Made by a program: the position numbers and the translations under genes
NCBI RefSeq assembly: GCF_032062105.1
Contig: NW_026936290.1
Span: 248,001 to 312,000 of the forward strand
Length of the DNA stretch: 64,000 nucleotides
Direction of reading: 5' to 3'
Source: Saccostrea cucullata
Lineage: Eukaryota
In this document: positions 33,430-45,800 of the stretch, piece after piece
Layout of the letters: every line of letters begins with the position of its first letter
How positions within the stretch are numbered: the stretch's first letter is position 1
Notes under the pieces: model-generated
Database searches by the model: none
Seen by the model: the letters and a program-made list of their open reading frames with translations, nothing else
What the model was told of the DNA's origin: nothing

Positions 33430-34380
33430 AGTGTTTATAAAACACTGATGCCCCTGTATTACAGCTTATAACGATGGTTGAAGTTTATCAAATGCAAGTC
33501 AAACTCTAAACAAGGTCAAGGTCAAAATTTATGGTATCCAAAGTAGGAGAATGAGGAAGGTCTAGTCACAAGGAATATACCTGTGAGATCTGAAAGTCGA
33601 TCCTAAAATTAATTGTTCAAATGTTATGTGCGAGACTAAAGATTTTTAAAAAGTAGGTCACACTCTAAGATCAAGGTCATAAGATAAAAAATATTTTTAC
33701 CCATTGAAAGATCCTGTCAAAATGAACGATGTATATACATGTGGCAGTCAGCCGGATTCGATTGACGATGGCGGGATATCTCGGTAGAACACCTGACTGG
33801 AGATTCAGAGGGCCATGCATGGTTCGAATCCTGATCTGATCCACTAAATATTTCTCCTCTCCTGTTACATTTGGTGCCGTGTCATGCGCAGCCCTGGAAT
33901 GTACAGGTGAGAGACCTGCCAGGGATGAGCCTGGGTTAGGGTCTTTGACGGGTCAAAGATCTTTAAGAAGGAAGGAATGTGGCAGTCAGCCAGATTTGAT
34001 TATACTGGTGGCCAGATAGCTTAATCGGTAGAGCACCTGACCTGAGATTCACAGGGCCTGGGTTCGAATCCCTACATGTATCTGGCTTGCTGCATTTTTC
34101 TCCTCTCCAGTTAAATATACTGTACATGTGAAGTATGAAAGCCCTAGCACCAACTGTTTGTGGGTCAATCTCCAAGGTCAAGGTCAGAAGGTCAAATTTG
34201 TTGTTACTGAAAGAAAGGTGTTGTCATGAGGTATACACCTGTAAAATAATCAAGCCATATATTTATAGCTTCTCTCCTCAAATGTTATGGGCAAGGTTAA
34301 TTAAAGTTTTTGCAGACAAACAGACAGACATAAAAACTATTCAGTTACACCCCAGATTCTTCAAATACGGGGGCATAAAA
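33430..34380 (-). mobile_element. HINE-like element (same family as 11528-12190) hosting a nested TRIM
   Basis: gtgtttataaaacactgatgcccc...acagacagaca...cgggggcataaa. Confidence 0.7.
33740..34115 (+). mobile_element. Miniature LTR retroelement (TRIM) with tRNA-derived sequence in both LTRs; LTR1 33740-33869, PBS 33872-33881, PPT 33965-33977, LTR2 33978-34115
   Basis: Direct repeats tgtggcagtcagcc...tcctctcc(t/a)gtta(c/a)a, PBS TGGTGCCGTG, polypurine aagaaggaaggaa, flanks tatac(a), and A/B boxes inside the LTRs. Confidence 0.8.
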
Positions 34381-35263
34381 AGCACACACTTAAATGCATT
34401 CAATGAGAACAAATAATTACTGTAAATAAGTGGTAATTGAAAGGGAGGGGGTTTACATGTAATTTGGTGAAAACATTATAATTTAATTTTGTTTGTATTC
34501 TAGTCTCTCAATGGTTGATTACCAAAAAGGAATGCTAATTATTTCATAATAACCTGGTTTGATATAGGGACACACCCCCTTGACAACCAGCTGGATCAGC
34601 TGTATCCATACAATCCCCTCATTTCCAGTCCTTGGAATTCATGGGAAATTCCAGATTTAATAAATGTACCTTTAACTTCAAACAGTAGCTCGATCTTACC
34701 TCGTGTACACAAACATCATGGCTGCTAGATCTGTATATCAGTTATTACCTCCCCTTGTTTCATATCACTTCCGTTACTAGGGATGTATTATTGAGCGGCA
34801 AATTTGAACTCATAAAAAGCAACACAATTTTACACCCACAGTTGTTTAATTATTTTAAAATTAAATTATAGGGAATGACTCTAATTCGCGGATTATAAAA
34901 AAGCGTAAACTGACCCAAACCAGGTTATCATCGAATAATTTGGCCAAGAATTAGAGTCATTCCTTAAATGTACTGAACATTCGGTCAATTAACTGACTTG
35001 TAAAGTTAATATACCAAAAAGCTGAGTTGACTTAGTTTTTATTGACCATGTAAACCAGAAACCTATATCAATTAATGAACAAAGCTGATGATTGTTGGTT
35101 TTGTCAAACACAATGTAGAGAATAAATTACTTGGCACTTTATCATAACTATAAAAAATATATCTATTTGAATTAAATTACTGAAAAATACACAATTTAAC
35201 AACAAATTAAATAAATTATATACGAAGAAAGTACCTAAAAATGCTATTGAATGACAAATATAC

Positions 35264-37515
35264 TTAGGTTAAATCTTCTGTTTTAAATTTCGATAAATAT
35301 TGTCTTGTAAGGTTGAGATAAAACTGAGGTCCCTCAGATCCATAATCTAAGTAAGTGAAGTTTTTAGTGGCTTTAGGGACAGCCGTTTCTATTTGTGTCC
35401 CCTCATGCCACTCATTGAAAGACGTAATGGATACCAGGGAAGGGTTAATGTCTAACGCACTCTGTAGAGCGAGTCTATAATACTGTCCATCCTGACGAGA
35501 TCGTGTATTCTTTCCATTCCACGGACGTACCCTAGTGTCTATGTACCCCGGCCCTACACTCGGGACAAACAGCATTTTCCTCCCCCTCGCATACTTCCTG
35601 ATCTCCCTCCAGTGTTTCCAGGAACTGCCATAAGTAAATCCGTCCGTAGCAAAGTAAGTGTAGTAACCGTCAAACCCGGCATTAGCCACGCTCTCCTTGT
35701 GCTGTCTCTCCACGAGGAGGCCTAGGAACACCCCATCATACTCCGTGTTTCTGATGGATATAGATCCACTAGAAGTGAAGAGCTCTGCCCAGTCCGAGGA
35801 CTTGACAAGGTAAGAATCGTAAATATAGTACACAGGTAACAGTTTCTTTTTCTGTCTGTCGTAGTATCTGTAGAAGGCTGGGTGTTTTCCATAGGTGTCC
35901 ACAATGTATTTGATGTTATTTTTCAGGGTTTTGTGGTCTCTGCCTTTAAAGGGCTCTATGTGGAATGCTACCTATTCAAAGAGAAGGAGTTTCAAAAAAT
36001 CATGCTAACCACTGATGGAATACATGAACAGACTCAACTTGACTTTATTCTACTTCATTAAACTTGCAATGTTAATGGAAAGAGAGTTTGTTACTTGTTA
36101 GCTAAATCAGGATTAAGTAACTTAAAAAAGCTGATGCAGTTCATGATCTTTTTTAACCATAACAAAGATAGACACTTCGAGAAAATTTATTCATTTTTGT
36201 CAGCCAACTCAAGATGACATGATTTTTACTTTTTAACTTGTTCTTTATAAGAGTTAATATTTGTCCACCATATCCAGGATAAGAGGTGTCAGTTTGTCTG
36301 GTTGTTTTGTTCTACAAAAGAGTTACCTACCTTTAACTGATATTTGTCCACCATATCTAGGATAAGAGGTGTCAGTTTGTCTGATTGTTTTGTTCTCCAA
36401 AAGAGTTACCTACCTTTAACTGATATTTGTCCGCCATGTCCAGGATAATAGGTGTCAGTTTGTCTGGCTGTTTCCTTTTTTTATGGTTCTCCAAAAGAGT
36501 AACCTACCTTTAACTGATACTTGTCCGCCATATCAAGGATAAGAGGCATCAGTTTGTCTGGCTGTTTTCCTTCGTTGTCGGCATCATTTGGTGGATACCA
36601 GGATACAACCAAAACTCCTACAGGCAAGCATCACATTCTTTAAATTTCACAATCCATCATGGCATGGTTAAGGAGTTTTGCTTATGAATTTATTTTTTAT
36701 TCCAGTGTTAACAAAAAGTCCAGTGCCTGCGCAAACATCTTAATTTACAAAATTGAAATCTTATATTGATCATAATAATTAGCAATTTATTACAATATTC
36801 ACAACCTTTGCTTAATAAATATGGTATAAACAAATGCAATTTCATTTCCTTTTATGGATATTGTACATTTTATTAGAAAACATGTATAAGGAAACAAATT
36901 ATAAAATTTTCAAATTGACTAAGAGTAAACTGCTGTGTTAACCTGACCTGCTCCTGACAGCTGAATCTGCTTTATGTGGTCTTCTACCACCACTGGATCA
37001 CTAGAGCTGTAGGGGCCCAGCTCAGGGTAGTAGTTAGCTCCAATGTCATCGGGGGGCACATGTGTCCCTGAGGGCCATTTAGCCGCCTCTACTTTCTCCC
37101 AGTGGGGGAGATAAGGGTGGTTCCAATGATAATACTTTCCATCATGTTCAGGATTTCCGTACCACGGGTAATAGAAGATGTGTACGTTGTAGTTGATATA
37201 AGGCCGAGGTTTAGAGGTCGTCTGGGGCTTTATATTATTCAAGGCTTCCTCCTCTCGTTGAGCATGGTCTAGTGCCATTTCAAATAGCTGTTGTTTGGCC
37301 TTTATAAATGGGGGAATCTGATTTACAATAATCTGCCTCTTCTCCTGCTGATTTTTTTCTGGATTGGAACTCTCTGCATTGTCTTTGAAATTAATTTTAG
37401 GCTGTCTCCAATGCGAATCCAGGTAGTATATAAATAGAAATGATGTAACAATGAAGAGAGCGAAGACAAGCAAGGAAAATTTGAAGATTGATAACCTTTG
37501 ACCCAAAACTTTCAT
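35264..37515 (-). CDS. MANEA: Glycoprotein endo-alpha-1,2-mannosidase (GH99); coding exons 37515-36948, 36617-36508, 35971-35264; probable non-coding first exon near 39570-39610
   Basis: Type II membrane anchor, HIFYYPWYGNP, DDIGANYYPELGPYSS, VSWYPP, FHIEPF, SVGPGYIDT.VRPWN, ITSFNEWHEGTQIE. Confidence 0.95.
36250..36570 (-). repeat. Tandem ~80-95-bp duplications of the MANEA exon2 3' end plus splice donor
   Basis: Three extra copies of cagacaaactgac(a)cctcttatcct...gacaaatat. Two keep cagttaaag|gtaggt (at 36414 and 36331). Confidence 0.9.
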
Positions 37516-38638
37516 ATCTCTCGCTAGTCCACCATGATTTGAAAATGTTGCCTTTCCTTTAAAACCTAAAAAGAAAAAAAAAGATATTTGTTGACTGCCA
37601 TTTTAGTTGGTACACTCTATTTATATCATTTAATTTGTATGCTTTTAAATCTTTTGTCTGCAAGTATGAAATTACATGTGAACAATAATGCTAAATATTT
37701 TAGGAATTTAATAAACGATTAATTACTATTTAGACAATGACATGTATCATTAATTCATATTAAAATAGAAATTTTAAAATTATACTTATAGTTATACAAT
37801 GTATGTTACTTATAGATTTAAAAAGTTTCAATGAAATAGATTAAAAAATAAAACTAAAACAATATGGCTTAACTAGTGTATTAAAAGAGAAGAACACTGA
37901 AATCAATCATAAAATCTTACAATACTCTTTTGTTAGAATGACTGATTATTATTGGATGAAACAGGTGTATCGGGTGCAGCTGTACCTGTGATGGTCCAGG
38001 GTGTCAAAAAATCACAGCTAGTGTGGAAGCTCAAGATCTAACAAATGTTGATGGATGCAACCTATCCTACACCTTAAAGAATTGAAAAAAAAAATTATGT
38101 CATATAGAATATTCAAAAATTTATTCAGTGAACAATTCATTACTTTGGCTAAAATTAATCAATTTACATCTTCATGTATTATACATATGCATTGCCATGT
38201 AGTGTTTACGGGTCTCCTTGCTCTCTCTAAAGGTAGCTAATGTTAAGCACTGGAAATGTCATTAACTCAATATAATATGTAATTTAAACAATAAAAGGCT
38301 TCCTTTCGTCGCTTAATGAGAACACAATTTAATGTTGAAGCTACAGCAAGTGCTGACCCTACAGTATTTGAGTAAATGATAACTTTTCAACTATTGTTCT
38401 TCTGTTGCTTTCTGGGACTCTCTCAGCTACATATATCTGTCACCACAGAATTGTAGTACATGCAATTGTATAGAATTTAATTGATGTGATGGCATGGCAT
38501 AAAATTAAGTTATGCATGTGTTCTAAAATGGCATTAAAACTAATTTGGTTAACAGACTATGTCTTCCTCTAGATTGTAAAAGTCTATATAGCAGTGTGAT
38601 CAAATAATTTTTGCATATTAGACTGCTATATTTCCAAA

Positions 38639-38948
38639 TGTCACAATGGAATCACAGGTCACTAATATACATGCAAGTGAAAGTCCAAGTTTATGTCAAT
38701 CAAAATTTATCTCAGTGGTTAGAGGCTGGCACAGTATGCCAGTGGTCCTTGACTGTGATACCTGATTTTCACTGCCTGTGACATTTGGCACCGGCCAACA
38801 TTGAGTCAAAGTTGGCTAAAATTAAAATATAGTCTTAACTCAGGGATTCTATTAATCCAGGGCCTCTGATGTAACGTGCCAGCACTCTAACCTCTGAGCT
38901 ATTGAGATCTGATACATTGACTTTTGCACACCTGTGGACCCCATGACA
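38639..38948. mobile_element. Degenerate tRNA-containing LTR (38639-38783, followed by PBS-like tggcacc) and an inverted related copy (~38843-38948)
   Basis: tgtcac...gtgaca ends. ctcagtggttagaggctggcac on + corresponds to tagctcagaggttagagtgctggcac on -. Confidence 0.5.
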
Positions 38949-39559
38949 CACATACTTTAATTTTTTCTACCTAAGTATCTTAATCTTTGGTGTCCTGATG
39001 ACCTTGATTTTCTTGTGAAAAACTGAATAACTTATAAGGGGCGCTTTAACCAAAACGGGTTATAAGTAACATCATTTTACTGTAAAATTCGTAAATTGAA
39101 TTCTTCAGTTTAATGCCGGATTTCAATTTAGTTTCTCAGGGAAAAAAAATTGTAGACCTAGTGAGCTATTGAGACCTGATACATTGACTTTTGCACACCT
39201 GTGGATTTAATTGTTGCAGTGTGTATATTGTGAAAAATTGAATAACTAATGGACGGGTTAGAAGAACGTAAATTTAATTCTTCAGTTTAATGCCTGTTAT
39301 TTTCTGGAAAAAAATTGTAGTCCAGGGAAAATTATCGTTTAAAATGTTGCAGTGTGTATTGGGTACAAAGCACAGATACATGAAACATAACATGGCCCAG
39401 AGCATTTACAGAGGGGATTTCTTCCCTTTTTTGCTTATTGAACATAAATCTGAGTCAAAATAACGTGCTTGTTTGCAGTTTGTGTATTTTGTGCAGATAA
39501 CGTGATGTTTCTGTTCTACAAAAACATTAATTCATTTTTTTTAATTAACAGAAAATTGT

Positions 39560-39809
39560 TACTACCAACCGGAAGTTAACATGGTGTGAAAGTCTAAACC
39601 GAATCCCGAAGTACGAATGTCTTCATTGGATGATGTGTATGACAACAGCCAATCAAACATCGCGTGATATTCATTCCTTGAAATCATCAGCGATTTACCG
39701 CCATCTTGGAAATAGCACGCCACACTTTGGTGTGACAAAACACCTTCGATAGTTCATTGCAAAAATGTTTTTAGATCTATAACCAAGGCAGAAACAATAT
39801 CCAACAGTA
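39560..39809. promoter_or_regulatory. Bidirectional promoter, MANEA/SCAF8
   Basis: ETS ccggaagt at ~39569, CCAAT at ~39649 plus an inverse attgg at ~39625, YY1-like ccgccatctt at ~39698, and local CpG enrichment. Confidence 0.65.
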
Positions 39810-42800
39810 ATGGAGGCTGTAAGAGCGTTCAACAATGAGGTTTGTTTCCATGTAGAGTTTCCAGTTGCCTATTTACTTTTCTATTGAGTTACCGTTCTTC
39901 AGTGAAGCACGCCGGTATATGACCCTTGACTGTTTAGTTATAATAACACCTTTTATTCTTTCTCCACAAACCCATTCTCTGACTGTATATGCATCAGAGG
40001 AAAAACATGCTTTTTGCAAGTTAAATCTACAGTTTATGCAGTCAATCTAATTACATAGTCTTATCGATGAAAATTGTACTATAGTTTTACCACTTAATAA
40101 AAAGCAACTGGAAATTTGAAAACAATAAAATACTTATCTTTTGAAACTCTGATGTTGTCGTAATGTTTATGTTTAATGCTGTCATTTATATTTTGCAGTT
40201 GTCCTCATTGTACGAGACTAGACCACCAATATCTCGAGCAAAGATGGCCAACGTTACCAAATGTGCGATTAAAGCCATCAAATTCTACAAGCATGTGGTA
40301 CAAAGTGTCGAAAAATTTATACTTAAGGTATTCAGTATGCAATTTAATTTGGTCTGAATGTATTTATCAATTGCGAAGGAAAGTGCAAAGCATAGGCATC
40401 TGAACCGGGATGCTAAGGGGGAGGGGGGTTATGTCCAAGACACGATATAGTTATGATATCGACACATTACAATTGTTAAAATATATTACTTCACCAACCT
40501 TCACCCTAATACAACACAGTCTATGCGAAAGTCACCCGACCGTCGGTTTTTACCAGTAAAATTTAGGTCGGGTCGGTAAAAAATTTAAGTATACAGGACC
40601 AAATGTCCGATAAAAAATAAGGCCAAATACAACTAAATAAAAAGGTACACATGGTCCAATTCCCCACAAATGTCCTTTATTTGACCAATTTAGCAGTAAT
40701 ACCTGATTAATTTTTATGTATTACAACCCTGGTGATCGTTTTGAATATAAGGATTAAATCCAATAGCTCATACGTAGATTTGATTGGGAAAATATTTAGA
40801 AAGCTCATACGTAGATTTGGTTGGGAAATTATTTTTCAACGATCATTAAACTTGAGTAACCACAGTGAGTTGTTGTAGGAAAAATAAATATGCATTGAAA
40901 TGCATATTAAATTTCAGAAAATATTTTATACATTGTATGTTGTATAAGTCAAATATGAAGAATAAAGCATGCAATTGTACAAGTAGATATCTTTTACAAA
41001 GGAAAATTATAAATAGTTAACTTGTCCATTTCAGTCTGAATTTATTGAAGGTTAAATTTCACAGTGAGAATTAACCCCATCCCACCCACCCTCTCAATCT
41101 CAGTATCATAAAATATGGATTTATAGGGGGAAAAAATCGGTCTGGTAAGAAATTGCATGGTCTGGTAAAAATTTTATTTTTACCAGACATTTTGTCCTGT
41201 AAAAATTTTAAACTTTCGCATAGACTGACAACAATATTTATTTTTAACATATCAGTCTTCGAAATAACCTGGGTGCCCTATGCCTGGGACCTGGTAAATT
41301 TGCCAACAGGCATGTGAAAATTCTCAAATTATATGCCCTTCTGGGCATGTGCGAATTTTCTTTCGATTCACGATGTGCAATTTCTTCGGTTGTACCCTTA
41401 GTTATTCGTTTAAACTTGTTTAGATGTAATGTCTTAAGATGAATATTGCCAGTCTTCATTCGTCTTACGTTACATTCTCAGTACGACCTGTCAAATGATT
41501 GTCAATCGTAATCATTAAAGTGTTTAATTTAACCTTATTTGTTTTCTCGAAATTTCTCGCTAAATTATGATATGTTTATTGACGCCACGTGCAGTGGACT
41601 GCTGTGATCACTGACGATCCTATTTCTGAAATTCAGTTCAGCTATACCGGCCAAACGATTAACATGCGAGTCAAAAGTTGTGAACAAAAACCCATACGAA
41701 AATGGCAGACAGGTAGGCCATGGTTGATTTAAAACTCTATACTTAAGATCGAGAGAATATTTAAAAACAGAAACACTGTCCTCATAGTTAATATAAAAAC
41801 CTTATTTTTTGTTGCACAATAATTCATATCTGCTATATGAATGAATCTGAGAGTTGGGCATGTACAAATTTCAATGGGCTAGGTTGAAATGATTGGTGTA
41901 CATGCCTGAAGGGCATGTGCTGAAAAAGAATTGTTGTGAAGACTGACATATCCCATGACAATAAGTTCTGTTTCTTCATGCAACGCTTGTGCATATTTAC
42001 TTTCTGATTAATTAATTTACCCTACCGTCGATATCGAATCATGATTGTTAAAACATATTTAACAACTTTCACCCTCACCCAACATCATACTCTAAACCTA
42101 ATCCAAAACAATAACAACCACTAACCCTTTCCTTATCATAATTTAATTTCATATTCATGCTAATAATGAATGAATTTGACATCACTTGTGACCTTGTAAA
42201 ATTATGTTATACCTCATTGTGAAAATAAATTCTACAAATAGGATCGATACAATATCGTCATATCGTCACGGTATTGTCGATATCGACGACATCGACATAG
42301 CACAAAGTCTCATTTCTGGTACCAAGTATTTCAAATTAATAGTGCTCATCATGAGCGATATCGATACGATATCGACATAATATTGTCGATATCGACATCG
42401 AATTCGTTCTTGGTCATGTATGTTATGTCCAAGACACGATTAATTACGATATCGACACATTACTTTTTTATAGTGTACTTTAATATTTCTCCATCTTTGT
42501 GTCTTTATTACATTGAATACTTTCTTTTAAGAAGTCATAATATTGTATAATATAATATAATACATAATATTGTAGATATGGACATCAAATTCGTTCTTGG
42601 ACATGTATGGGGGGGGGGGCTTAGCCCCTCCTCACTTTTTTGCAAAGATAGACATAGTAAAGGCATTGAAAATTGGGGCAAAAGAATGGTTTAGTCCCCA
42701 ATGAGTGAAGTCATCCAGCCTTTATCTGCTTCCGACGCCTATGCAAAGAAAATAGCAATAGCGTACAGAAGAAAGAATATTGATATTTTTATGTGTTCAT

Positions 42801-45800
42801 TTCAGTGTAAAAAGTACACTATATTCACAGGGCTGTATGTAATTGATTCAAATTTTGTTCCTGAAATGTGCAGTCAATAAATTGTATGAGAAATATAAAT
42901 TAACAGAAAATATTTGTGTCAAAGCAGTGTATTCACAAGATGTATTTGATTTTATATCCTCCCAGAAAGAGGACAAAATGGACTAAATTTCAACAATTTT
43001 GGCAACTTTTCAGAATCTGTTTAAATGTCCAAGTTTGAGGAACGGGTAATTATATCAAATGATTTCATTTATAAAGATACATGTATACACATTATATCAA
43101 AGTATTGTTAAATGAACACACTTTTTCTCTGATATTCCAAAAAATCGACGAAGATATGTACCTTTTTATGTAAAATTCAAAAAAACTCTGAAATTTATGT
43201 TATTTTGTGATTCTCTTTAACACAGAGTAAAGTTGTGAGAGTCATTACTTATGAAAATATTCAGTACTTTGAAGTCAGCATATACTCCCCTGTTTAAGAA
43301 CTTAATTAAATATATCTCCATCAAAGTTTGATTTGCGGGGCAAATATTGGTTATTACCGAATAAAGTTCTTTCAAGCTTTGAAATTGGAAAAAAACATAG
43401 ATTTGTTGATGAACTGTGGTTGATAATTAATTTGTTTTTTAGCCCAGAGAGCAGTAGACAATCAATTGATAATTAATTTGTACTGTAGCTCAGAGAGCAG
43501 TAGACAATTAATTGATAATTAATTTGTATTGTAGCTCAGAGAGCAGTAGACAATGTGATGGCTACAGGAGCTAAGCCTCATCATGCCGAGGGAGGGCAGG
43601 ACACATCAATGAATACTTCACTTCCTCCTGAGGAGGGAGAGGAGAATCCTGAGAATTCACTGGCAGCTCAGACAGAGATGTTAAACACAGTTACCCAGCT
43701 ACTACAACAGACATCACAGGTAAGGCATTCACAGCTCAGACAGGGGTGTCAAACATTGTTGCCCAGTTAAGTCATTCAGACCCTGGTTTGGTTAAAAAGT
43801 TACAAGAACTCTTCAGTAAATGTAATTTTAAGCAATCCTTATGTTGTTTTCTTCACAGAATTATATGCATTATTTTCTCTCTCAGGGTTCAACAAGTCTG
43901 TCTGCCCAGCAACAACAGTTACAGCAGCTGCAACTTTTACAGCAACAGTTGATACAACACACGCAGCTGATGCAGCAGCCCACTCAGGGGACTCCTGTTA
44001 TAGATAGCAACCTACTGTCTCACATCCAGACCCTCACCAATCAGCTCCTCAAGTCGGGGGATAAACCCCCAGAACCAGGGTTCAACAGGGTAAACAATAT
44101 AGATGTTATAGTTTAATGCACCCCCTAGATTAATGTACACCTAGTTCTTGTCAAGTTGTCAAAGACATTGGTATCTTGATTATGGACTTCAGGGACCAAC
44201 CTAGAGCCAAAATTTAGGGAGACTTCACTTCTCCCTCAGAGAAATTTAGGGAGAAGTTTTGAAATTTAGGGAGACTTCTTTGCGCGCGCGGTGCTCACTG
44301 ATCATTATAAATCTTTACAATTTCAAAATTTTAGAAATGGAAATATTTCATTGTTAAAAACTTAAAATACATTTCAATACTTTTTTTCTATATTGACATC
44401 CTAGTAAAAATAATATAAAAAAAGAGAAAAAGATCTGCTTTTTTTTCAAGTACAAGGTACATCTAGCAAAAACAAAAAAAAAAAAAAAAAAAAACAAAAA
44501 AAAAAAAAAAAAATTCATTTCTTGCATAATATGCACAGTTAACTTTAAATTCTATCTTTTCATTTTAAATTTTTATGCTCATTGCATAGTCATAATTTTG
44601 TTATTTTCTGTTCCAAATTTGTTTTCATTTTTTTTTTCTGAAAAAGTTTTTCCAAATTTTTGGAGAGGACTTATATAGGCCATGCCTGATGTCCAGTCCA
44701 ATTATGTAATTTCACTAACATAATAAAATATTGATTAAAAAAAAAAGTTTTGATGTACTACGTACTGCATGCTGATTGAACTCGGTATATCAGACGTGTA
44801 ATTTCTTAAACAGTGAATAACTCCACAAAGTAACAGTAAAATATGTCTGTATTCACAGCATGAATTAATTATTTGGCAATAAAAAGATCTGAAACCATCT
44901 TCAACATCTTTGGCATGACATCGATAGCTGACCAGCTGTTTTGCGTCTGGTTGTGCATAACTTGTAACAATTGGACTTTTTCATACCCGGAAGTGTAAAA
45001 TCTAGAGGAGTTCCGACAGAGTATTCGATGCATTGGTCATTAGCAGCGAAACAGGTGCAAGTGTCCTGCTGTTTGGTTTATTTCAGCAGTAATAAAACAA
45101 GATTTATCAACTACTGACGATTCTACCATGCTTCTTAATAGATTTTTAAAGATTTTTAATAAAGGGGTTGCAAATGTTAAGGCGACTTAAACTTCGCTTT
45201 CAAGATAAAGTACGGCGAAGTTTGGAGCCCAAAAGCGACTATTTCGCCTCAGTCGCCCCCTAGGTTGGTCCTTGGGACTTTTCATGTGTTGTTTTTCCTA
45301 TTCTAGAAAATTTACAGAGAGATTCACAGATTCATATACATTGTAAAATTAGAAACTTTGTAAATTAAGCCAGCTTTCCTTCTCTGTAGAAACTGTTGGA
45401 CTTTGATTATGGAGAGAGTGATGAGGAAGATTCAGGTCAGCATAGGTAGGTCCATGCTTTAAAGGTTTCACTTGTTTAAAAAAGAAGAACAGGTTAAGAG
45501 TAGTTCAACTTTTGCGAGATTTTTATTTTGAATGATTTGTTTTTACAAATCAAAACTAGCTCAAAAAGTTTTCACCTTGTGCAAAATGCATATAAATTAT
45601 CACTGCTTTTAGCCAACCGTCACACAATATGCTGAATGAGACACACATGATGCAGCAAATCCAACAACTATCCCAGACAATCCAGAAAAACGAGGAACTG
45701 AACAGACAGAAAATACTGCAGCAGCAACAAGCGGAGTTTGATCAGCAGATCGGGCATGTAAGCAGGAATTCTCTAACAATGATAACTCTTGATTACATTA

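Larger units (their letters stand above)
40391..42743. mobile_element. Nested MITE cluster: outer cataggc..gcctatg element containing two tatgtccaaga..tcttgg(a/t)cat elements (~40429-42420 and 42423-42607)
   Basis: The terminal inverted repeats can be read directly. Confidence 0.65.

Noticed and set aside
34010-34087. Functional tRNA gene
   Set aside because: The anticodon arm is irregular, there is a TACATGTA insertion near the 3' stem, and the segment is part of an LTR-like direct repeat.
42703-42724. SEVIQPL-encoding stretch resembling SCAF8 exon 4
   Set aside because: It lies inside the 3' end of a MITE, out of exon order and without splice sites. It is probably coincidental, though it could relate to the local misassembly.
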